A DNA stretch of 53,092 nt from Craspedostauros australis (Eukaryota). The notes beneath the pieces were generated by a model that saw only the letters and a program-made list of their open reading frames with translations, did no database searches and was not told the DNA's origin. The stretch spans positions 1-53,092 of the forward strand of contig JALAGF010000198.1 in assembly GCA_030167865.1 (NCBI GenBank). The letters are read 5' to 3'. Below are positions 35,614 to 45,274 of this stretch, piece by piece (the stretch's first letter is position 1; every line of letters begins with the position of its first letter). Made by a program: the position numbers and the translations under genes.

Positions 35614-38600
35614 ATGGCGGAGCACAACCGCCATAGCCTCGACGAGAACATGTCAGACGGAACCAATTCATTGTCGAGCTTGGCTCACAATGGCAACTCG
35701 ATGATCGGATCTGAAATGGGCGCAGCGAGGATGAAAGAAAACGCGCAGCAGATGTCGCGTGACGAATTGAACGACGAGGAGGACCACTTCACAACAATTG
35801 GCGCGAAGGAGACCAACCGAGTTCGACTTTCCAAGTTCTTGGTGGTCTTCGTCCTGACTGTTGCCGCCGGGATCATGGCATACTTCACCTACAAGGTGAT
35901 GTCTCAAGAAGAGCAAGACTCTATGGAAACGGAGGTGAGTTTGGCAATATAATGGAAGCTCTGTTGATCTCTGTCTTTGTCTCTCTCTCTTTGAATCGCA
36001 TCGCATCGCCTCTCTGCTCATACGCACTTACACTTCAGTCCTCACCATCACCATTCCCCTGCCCTCTACTTCTGCCCCTGTGCATTGCACATATGCCATA
36101 CCATACCATGCATCATCATGTAACAGTTCACAAACTACGCCACGGAGATAGTTGAAGCATCAGTGCTATCTGCGCAGACCATCTTCGCCACGGTCGAGTC
36201 CATGAGCTTCGTCATCACATCATATGCTCTTTCCACCAACGCGACTTGGCCATTCGTCACGATCCCACACTACAGCTTCCGCGGTTTCCATCTGCTCGAG
36301 CTATCGGGTTCACGATACCTCAGCTTCTGTCCATTCGTTTCAAGTGAGAATCGAGAGAGGTGGGAAGAGTATTCCGTCGCCAATCAGGGTTGGATCAACG
36401 ATCCCGTTCCCGACAGCCTGTTCAACCCATCGTCTGGCTCGCCATCTGGCGCCTCCGGAGGTCCGTCCGGCACAAACAACCACGGCTCTAGTGGAGGTCG
36501 ACCCACTGGCGCTTCCGGTCCTGCCGATGACAGTGCTGGTGGCGGCCCACCTGCGTGGGTCACTGCTGGTTCCGACAGTACAGGAAGAGCAGGTGGAACA
36601 GCGGGCAGACCTCCGTCGGCTGGCGGACCTCCGTTGACCGACGAACAAGCCGGCAGCCAGGCTGTAAATGTAACACAACAAGGAGATAGGCCCACGGGGC
36701 CAAGTCGAGGTGGGGGTGGCATCCCTCCTTTCATCCACCGCCTACCTGAGGGCGCCTCATTCTCCGACTCGTTGAGATTACCGCCGGTTAGAGAAGAACG
36801 GGAGTTTGATGACTACGTGGTTTCATGGCAGACCACCCCACCTATTCAACCCGTGATCAACCTCAACTTCTTGAGCCTCAGCGATGGCTTCCTCACTGTC
36901 TACGATCAAGTGCGCAAATCAAATGTTCCAGCGCTCTCGGAAGTCGTTATATACTCCAACTCAACAAACATATCAAGAGGGGAATGGCCAACCAGCTACA
37001 TCGTGCAACCGATCTATTCATCCTTTGAGACGAACGCATCGATGGTAGCCATCTTCGTCGCCACCATTCCTTGGGACAAGTACTTCGAAAATATTGTCCC
37101 TGCGGGCGTCCAGCCCATCGATCTGGTGATCAAGAGCACATGCAAGCACACTATCAGCTACCGCATCTCTGGACACGAAGTCATGCATACTGGGGCTGGC
37201 GATTACCACGACAATCGATTCGACCATCTGGAGCTGTCCGTCAAGTTCTCAATCTTGGAAGATACCGAAGACCTGGACGTATGCCACTACTCGATGAGTC
37301 TATATCCAACAGAAGACTTTGAGTCTGAGTACATCACAAGCACTCCTTTGGTATACACGATCGTCGTCGTCCTGGTCTTCATGATGACTTCTGCAGTTTT
37401 CATTCTATATGATTATCTCGTTCAAGACCGGCAGAATACCGTGATGCATTCAGCTGTTCGAACGAATGCTATCGTCACATCTCTCTTTCCCGCACAGTTC
37501 CGCGATCGATTGATTGAGGATCATGACGCCGCAGTGAAGGACACAGAGAGGCACAAGGTTGAAGGCAGAGACCAGATCGCGCCATCTCGCGGCTCGAATC
37601 TTTTCACAAGAGGCAAAGCCATTCTCCGAGGAGCATCAAGACTGACAGGCAATGTGGCATCATCTGCCCGCAATCATGCGAGTGCCTCAAGGAAGATCAC
37701 CAGACGGATGGAAAGCTTCGTTGACTACGAGGCCGAAAAGGCGCGGCTGCTTCTATCGGAGCCCATCGCAGATCTGTTCCCCTCCGTCACGGTCCTGTTC
37801 GCGGACATCGCCGGCTTCACAGCATGGGCCAGCGTGAGGGAGCCATCCCAAGTCTTCACTCTCCTTGAGCAGATCTACAGCACGTTCGACGCCATCGCGA
37901 AGCGAAGAGGCATCTTCAAGGTCGAAACGATCGGAGATTGCTACGTCGCTGCATGCGGACTTCCGAATCCTCGTGACGATCATGCCGTGGCCATGCTGCG
38001 ATTTGCGCGAGAGTGCCTGCGTCAAATGGATGGCTGTGTGCAATCGTTGGAAGTCCTTCTGGGACCTGACACCGGCGACTTGACCATGAGGTTCGGTATC
38101 CATTCTGGTCCTGTCACTGCTGGCGTGCTGCGCGGCGAGAAGACTCGCTTCCAGCTGTTCGGCGACACCGTCAACATGGCTGCAAGGATGGAGAGCACCG
38201 GCCTTGAGAATCGCATCCATGTGTCCGCCGACACAGCCAAGCTGCTCGCGGCGAATGGCAAGTCACACTGGACTGTGGCAAGAGACGATCTCGTCGAAAT
38301 CAAGGGCAAGGGCAAGGTCCAGACGTACTGGGCATCCGGTCGTAGCCATGGGCGTGGTCGTCGCGGTTCCCACGGCTCCGTTGAGTTGGCAGTATCCGCC
38401 ATTCAAATCGAAAGCAATGGCATCGATCCGACTACAAGCGTGCAGACACCAGCCACTGCCAAACAAGACGCCGCTCACCCCGGCACATCATGTCCGATGA
38501 CAACTGCAACTTCCATCTCAATGGCAGGTAGCGGAACGCCACAGTCAGCCCTTGGATCAACCACGCCCATGACGGCAGGAGAAACACCTTCGCCGCCACT

Positions 38601-40164
38601 ACCGTCACTGACATCGCCAACGATGCATCGGAGTGACCACACGAATAGCAAGCAGGCCCAACAAGGAAGGAAAATGCAGCGACTTGTGGGATGGAATGCA
38701 GAGGTCCTTCAGGGATTGTTGCAGAAGGTGGTGGCGATGCGAGATCCACGATCCTCTTCTTCGTCGTCGTCGTCGTCGTTCACAAGGAGCCGACCGAACG
38801 CATCAGGTGATCATTCAGATCCGGCGAACTTCCTTGCAGTGACGCCTGGTGATGACAAGCCTGATCGCACCGTCCTAGATGAAGTGAAAGAGATCATCGA
38901 GCTTCCGGACAGGGCCTCCAAGTACAAGTGCGACCCAGCGACTGTGAAGTTGGATCCCGCCGTCATATCCGAGCTGCGCGAATATGTCACCGCCGTCTCG
39001 CAAATGTACCGACAGAACTCGTTCCATTGCTTCGAGCATGCCTCTCACGTCGTGCAATCGGTGACGAAGTTGCTGTCGCGTGTCGTGACGCCCGACAAAC
39101 GAATCGACTGCATCAGCAGCGCCGACACCAACGGCGACAATCGCACCGTGGAGTGGGCGTACCAGCAGCAGAGCATGAACAATGCGAACAACACTGGCGC
39201 GATGCCATTGGCATCGTTGTCACGCAAGGCATCGACCAGCACGGGAAGGGCCAAGAAGCTGCACGAGTACACGTACGGGATCACATCGGATCCATTGACT
39301 CAGTTCGCCTGTGCGTTCTCCGCCTTGATCCATGATGTGGATCACTGCGGCGTTCCAAACACGGTGCTCGTCAAGGAAGGCGTGGGCATCGCCATCCACT
39401 ACAAGAACAAGAGCGTCGCGGAGCAAAACTCTGTCGATCTCGCATGGGAACTCCTAAGTCATGACAACTTTGCGAATCTCCGACGATGCATCTGCGCGAC
39501 GCAGTCCGAGCTCGAACGGTTCCGACAGCTCGTCGTGAACTCCGTCATGGCTACTGATATCGCTGACAAGGATCTGGGAGCCTTGCGCAAGGCACGATGG
39601 GAACGGGCCTTCGCAGAGCAAGATGACGGGGAGAGCGACTACAACCGCACATGCAGCACAACTGACCATTCCGACACTGGTAGAACCAGCGACGGGGGAC
39701 AGGACAAGACCTCGCAAGGCGATCAGCAACAAGGCCGCACGAGCGCCAAGCAGCGCCGACTGAATCGCCTGATGGCACAGAACCGCAAGGCCACCATCGT
39801 CATCGAGCATCTCATCCAGGCGTCGGATGTGTCGCACACGATGCAGCACTGGCACGTGTACCTGAAGTGGAACGAACGGCTGTTCCATGAGATGTACGCA
39901 GCCTACCTGGCGGGCAGGTTCGGGGAGGACGGCGCCAATCCGGCAGAGGGGTGGTACGCCGGCGAGCTGTCATTCTTCGACTTCTACCTCATCCCACTGG
40001 CCAAGAAGCTGTCCACCTGCGGAGTCTTTGGGGTTGCTTCGGACGAGTACCTGAACTACGCCACGGCCAATCGTCAGGAATGGGAGCGCAAGGGGAAGGA
40101 CGTGGTACAGAGGTACATGTCGAAGTATCAGACGCAGCAAGGATCTCAGCCAAACAAGAAGTGA
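35614..40164 (+). CDS. Receptor-type cyclase/phosphodiesterase fusion, copy 2 (1452 aa; exons 35614-35934, 36127-40164)
   Basis: Same architecture and same intron position (…ETE|F…) as copy 1. Intron GTGAGT...AACAG (35935-36126). Confidence 0.93.
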
Positions 40165-40720
40165 GTGGGTGGGTGGATAGTAATGGGAGCAGGAGCTGAA
40201 GCAGACTTAGGAACTTAGATAAACACAGTACATTGATAACTGTTATCATAGATCAGATCAGATCAAAGCAATGCTATTTACAGTTGATGGAACGAGGGCG
40301 AGAGCGAGAGTAAGACACAACAAGATCACGAGTATAATACGAGCTATGCTCTTGTTCGTTTGCCTCTGCCGACACGGACACGACTCGTACGACTATCTCT
40401 TGCTTCGAGGGGATAGATACCATGCAACGAACGATTTGTTGCGAACTGTCGATTCCGGAGGGAAGTCTTGATCCACATCATCACTGCGGTGATCCACAGC
40501 GAAACTCTGTCACCATCTGCCCGAACTCATCCTCGCAACCATTCCCATCATCACAATCGAAGGCTCTGCACAAAGGTCGAAACAAGCAACCATACCAATA
40601 CATTACGCTGCGATATACTATTCTACAATACTTTCGTTGCATGCCATTGCACTGATCGACGGGGACGGTAACGAACAAACGAGAAGATCGAGACGCAAAC
40701 AACCTCAAAGACAGAGCGAG

Positions 40721-43606
40721 ATGGGATGTCCTGATTTCCTAGCGAAGGTACTGCCGTCCGCAGGCGAGGATGTGGAGCTTTGGCAGGTGCTGTTGGGGAT
40801 GATGGAGCAGGAGGTTTCCGTGCAAGCGGTGGGTGATAGAGGCACCGAGGACGACGGTGACGACAGCGATGATGGCATTGTGGCTATGGACGCCGCCGCA
40901 TCCAAAAGGGATGAACGCGAACGAAAGGACAGAAAGCGGAAACGATCGCAAGTCGGTACGAGTTGTCCGCGTAGATTGAGAGTTGGGGTGGATGTGTCGG
41001 CCTGGATTCACGCGGCCATGGGAGGCTACAAGTACAAAGGGCTTGCCGCTCACACCACCAACAGTAATGGAGGCCAGAAGAACCAAAATCGCAGCGCAAG
41101 ATACATCCAATTCAACAGCGAGAATGTAGTCGAGCGGTTTGTCCAATCCTGCGTGGCATACGTCATGAAGCGCATCTACCAGATCCAGAACGTGCATCCG
41201 CACAGAGTGCAGGTCCTCGTTGTCTTTGATGGTGCCACCCCGCCCAGCAAGTTGGAGGAAACGGAACGGCGCAAGGCTGCCGCAGCTGCAGCGAAGCGTC
41301 GGTCTGCTGCGGGCCGGCACTTCTGGCGCATTCACTATCATTTGCTGCAGGCACTTAGGCAGGCGCAGATCCCCTTCCTCGTCGCCCCGTACGAGGCAGA
41401 TCCCCAACTGGCCTTTCTCAGCCAGCAGGATCTCATCGATCTCATCATCACGGAGGACTCCGACCTCATCGCTCTCGGGGCCAGGAGCGTCTTGTACAAG
41501 TCCTCCGTCACTTCGGAGCTCACCGAAGCCGAGAATCGGTACGACGAAATCGTCAGGGGCAAGCTCCTACAGGGCATCTCCGACTTGGGTTGCTGCCAGT
41601 GGCTGCATCTCATGGACTTCACGCCCGTTATGATCGCGGCAGTCTTCGTGGCAGCCGGCTGCGACTACTGCGAGCGATTGCCGCGGAACGGCATCAAGAC
41701 GGCCGCCATCTTGGTGCGAGAAGCGTTCTTTTGCACGCCCAGCACTCGCACATCCGCCTTGGATCGTTTGATATCTGCCTTGTTGCAATCCACCTCGCAG
41801 GAGTTGACGGTAGCAGATCAACAGGCCTACCGTGACAAATTCGTGGCGGCCATGTTCTCGTATCGCCATCCCGTTGTCTTTGATCCCATCCGACGTTGCC
41901 AAACTGTCATGCGGCGAGATGGTGCACTGTCGGTTGGATCACCGAGGCCCCAAGAAACACTTCCAGTTGCGATATCGCACATCGACAGCCAGCAAGAGAG
42001 GCGTGGCGGTGCGGCCCCTGCACCCAGCACCGACCCAAGAATCCAAGGTGATCCGGAACTCACGGATTGCAACGACTATGCCTCGCTGTGCAACGATGGG
42101 GAACGGCGCAAGAACATCACGGGGAGGGTGGAAACCTCATCCCAGGAAGCCATCCGATTGGCGGAAGGCGGCTATTTTGAGGACAAGCCAGGCTGGAAGG
42201 AGGAGGCACGGCGTTTGGAAGAGCTGCGCAACGCCAGACAATCAACAACGCCGACTCGACAAGTGGAAGCAACTATTGCTGAAACGACAGCAACAGCAAC
42301 AACATTGGTACCGGGAGCCTCAGCACTACCCGTTGAATCTACCGAAGATCGTGCGATGGAGGTGGACGAAGACGGGATGGCGAGCGCGACCACAAATCAA
42401 GGAAAGGAACATCCCCAGCCCGAAGAGCAGGAAACGCAAGAACGGGCACAAACACAGGCACAGCAACAACAACAGCCGGCGCAAAAGGCATCACAGGAAA
42501 GCAGCCTCAGCAATCTCACCGCCAGCAGTGGTTGCGAAGAGATATCGTCACCTTCCGAGCCAAGCCAGCAAGAAGTGGATGCTCCAGCGCCAACCGCCAA
42601 AGCGACATCGCCACCATGCTCGCAGGACAGTCCCGACTTCATGGTGCTGGACGACTCGCAACCTAACACGCAAAGTGGTTTGGCGAATCCGTTGCGACGC
42701 GCCAGCGATGCTCATCTGCCGTGCGGGCAGCCGTCTGACGAGGAAGGGGCATTCAACGAATCGCAAGAGTCGGAAGCTGGCTCCGTTCTGGATGCCCAGC
42801 CTCATTCGCAGCCGAAGGGGCAGTTGGAAAACAGTGCGGATCCCAGCGGCAAATCCCAATCCTCCATTCTGGACATCGAACTGGAATCGGCAGAAGTGAC
42901 GGGCGAAGGCCTGTCGGCACTCCACGAAACGGCCGATACCGACAGCAGGGAGAAGAGTGGATTGGCAGAAGATGGCAAGACACATGATGGGGATGCGGAT
43001 GATGAAGACGATGATGAACCTGAAGACGGGAAAGGCGAGAAGACGGATGATGGGGATGATACCAATAAGGACGGCTTCTTCACCCAGATTCATGGAGACG
43101 GCACCAAGGAAGGTATCCCCAACGAGAATTCGACGGATACGTCGCCGCAGGATGAAACAACACAAACGCAATCGCAGACCCAACACGCGGAGGCACCGCC
43201 ACCGTCGCCTGATGGAGTTGGAAGCAACGATCAAGTTCCTGGTACCGGCCTTGCATTCGCATCGTCCGCAGCAAAGAAGAAATATACTGGCATTCCGCCA
43301 GAGGCAGAGATCATTGACTTGTGCAGTGACGACGACGATGATGATGGCGACAAGGACAACAGTGAACCTGATGACGACGACAACACAGTGGCTCCTGAAA
43401 CCAACCATCCACAACAAGATGAGAGTGCAGCACAAGGCAAATCCAATCCCAACGAGGCAACTGCCACCCCTGTTCGACGCGTTCGTCGTGATATCTTCCT
43501 CTCCGAGTCTTCGACATCAAGCTCCAATCGTTCCTGCACACAGGATGCCGCCGCACAGCAAATGGCCAGTCCCAATCTGCTCGCCTCGTTAACGCCTGAC
43601 GTCTAA
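40721..43606 (+). CDS. EXO1: XPG/Rad2-family 5' nuclease, exonuclease 1-like, with long disordered acidic C-terminus (961 aa)
   Basis: N-terminal MG..DFL, VGVDVSAWIH, VVFDG..PPSK, VAPYEADPQLAFL, IITEDSDL, GCDYCERL...GIKTA, F.H.VVFDP. Start set at the MG (40721) because family members begin this way. Confidence 0.85.
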   Translation: MGCPDFLAKVLPSAGEDVELWQVLLGMMEQEVSVQAVGDRGTEDDGDDSDDGIVAMDAAASKRDERERKDRKRKRSQVGTSCPRRLRVGVDVSAWIHAAMGGYKYKGLAAHTTNSNGGQKNQNRSARYIQFNSENVVERFVQSCVAYVMKRIYQIQNVHPHRVQVLVVFDGATPPSKLEETERRKAAAAAAKRRSAAGRHFWRIHYHLLQALRQAQIPFLVAPYEADPQLAFLSQQDLIDLIITEDSDLIALGARSVLYKSSVTSELTEAENRYDEIVRGKLLQGISDLGCCQWLHLMDFTPVMIAAVFVAAGCDYCERLPRNGIKTAAILVREAFFCTPSTRTSALDRLISALLQSTSQELTVADQQAYRDKFVAAMFSYRHPVVFDPIRRCQTVMRRDGALSVGSPRPQETLPVAISHIDSQQERRGGAAPAPSTDPRIQGDPELTDCNDYASLCNDGERRKNITGRVETSSQEAIRLAEGGYFEDKPGWKEEARRLEELRNARQSTTPTRQVEATIAETTATATTLVPGASALPVESTEDRAMEVDEDGMASATTNQGKEHPQPEEQETQERAQTQAQQQQQPAQKASQESSLSNLTASSGCEEISSPSEPSQQEVDAPAPTAKATSPPCSQDSPDFMVLDDSQPNTQSGLANPLRRASDAHLPCGQPSDEEGAFNESQESEAGSVLDAQPHSQPKGQLENSADPSGKSQSSILDIELESAEVTGEGLSALHETADTDSREKSGLAEDGKTHDGDADDEDDDEPEDGKGEKTDDGDDTNKDGFFTQIHGDGTKEGIPNENSTDTSPQDETTQTQSQTQHAEAPPPSPDGVGSNDQVPGTGLAFASSAAKKKYTGIPPEAEIIDLCSDDDDDDGDKDNSEPDDDDNTVAPETNHPQQDESAAQGKSNPNEATATPVRRVRRDIFLSESSTSSSNRSCTQDAAAQQMASPNLLASLTPDV

Positions 43607-43767
43607 GCTATGTTTGCACACATTAAACGAACATCGCCGTCTGCCTATTTTCGGACAACAGCAATGTGAACTCTATCGCACGCTATTGCATGTCCAGTTG
43701 TATCGATGTGATGTCATTTCATGGTTGTGGGGGGGGGGGGGTTTGGTTTGCTTGGATTTTATAGAAT

Positions 43768-44256
43768 TTACACCAAATCACTGAATGGAAGTGGCTGGAT
43801 GGTTGTGAGCACGCCATCGTCTCCAGCAGCCTTGAGGAAGTATCCCTCCTTTGGAAGCTTTGGTGTTCTCTTGAGGCTGACCTTCTCTCCGGTGGCACGG
43901 GCGTGCTCCTTGGCCTTCTGGTTGAAGGCCTTGCGTTCGAGGATCTCCTTCTGGCACTTGGACTGTCGGACGTGCTCGATGCGGACATGGATGCGCTTCT
44001 CGATGATTCTGCCATTGACGAGCTTGTTGACACGCACTCCGACGGCGGCCTTGGTGACGTTGAAGACGATTCCCGTGCGGCCGTGGTAACCCTTGTGTGG
44101 CATACCTCTGTGGATGCTTGGATCGGCGAAGATGTCGACGTAGTCACCGACCTTGATCTTCATCAGGTATTGGGAAAGGTGCACTGGTCCATGTTGCCGG
44201 AATTTCTTGGCAAACATGTGCCGGGTGCGGGCTCTCGTTCCGAATGAATGCGGCAT
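43768..44256 (-). CDS. RPL21: 60S ribosomal protein L21 (eL21)
   Basis: [15 protein letters not shown]...KVGDYVDI...[17 protein letters not shown]...[10 protein letters not shown]. Intronless, 162 aa. Confidence 0.98.
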   Translation of the reverse strand: MPHSFGTRARTRHMFAKKFRQHGPVHLSQYLMKIKVGDYVDIFADPSIHRGMPHKGYHGRTGIVFNVTKAAVGVRVNKLVNGRIIEKRIHVRIEHVRQSKCQKEILERKAFNQKAKEHARATGEKVSLKRTPKLPKEGYFLKAAGDDGVLTTIQPLPFSDLV

Positions 44257-45274
44257 CTTGCTTTGCTTTTACTTCGGTGGGGGGTTGCTGACGAATTGAA
44301 CTGCGGTTGGTTGGTTTGTGTATGTGTTGTCGATACAGTCGTTGTATCGTAATCATTGACGAATTGATCGATTGGCAGGCAATTGTGTGAGCGATACGAG
44401 ACTTTCCTGGGGACAGCCACACAGGTTGTCTTTGTTGTTGTTGTTGCTCATGACGGCTTGCGTCGGATCGCCATCATGGTGCGCGTTCAAGATGGCGCAG
44501 CGGTCTCATGCCTTCTGGTGACCCGGCCTCCATCTTCAGCACCAGCGTCAACCACACCACCAACATGACAACGGCGATTTTTGGTCTCATCGAAATCGAC
44601 GACGTTTCCTCGCGTCCAAGCTGCCGTTCCTTCACCAACATAACACTCTCCCACGACGCCATCCGCAACGCATCATCCCCATCTTGTTGCCAACATCATC
44701 TTCATCTTCAGAGCGTCGCATTCCAACGCCGCGTTACGGCACACACACCTCAAGAGAGCGATGATTTGTCCATTGCCGAGGTTCCTGAATTGCCTCCCGC
44801 TGGTGCTGCACAACACGGACACAACGAAACAAACCGCAACCTTGCCATCACGAAACCACCCCGTTCGACACGATCGAATAGAACTTCAAGCCTCTGCGTC
44901 AAAAATAGTAACTGGTAGGTTTGGGTGTGGAATCGGTCGACAGACGGACCGACGGACCAACACAAAAACATGGTTTGGTGGTTGTGCTTCAATGATGCAA
45001 AACAAATGACCACACAAAAATCGCAATGGTTGCGATGTCGTGTGGTCACAAATTCGCCTTGGCTGCGTTGTGGAGAAACACGCCAACACACAAGATACAA
45101 GAGTGCAGCCGTCGACACACGAGAGTATCTTGCGTCTCAAGCGCGGAGATAGCTGTGGGGAGAGGGAAGGCTCATGAAGTAGAATAGGCATTATTATATA
45201 TGATAGTATTCTACCAACCCTTCGTAATCATCCATACCATACAATAAGACCAAGTAGCGAGGAAGCAACGAAGA

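Noticed and set aside
40637-40720. Upstream extension of the EXO1-like ORF
   Set aside because: Non-ATG start; Rad2-family nucleases begin at the conserved MG, here 40721.
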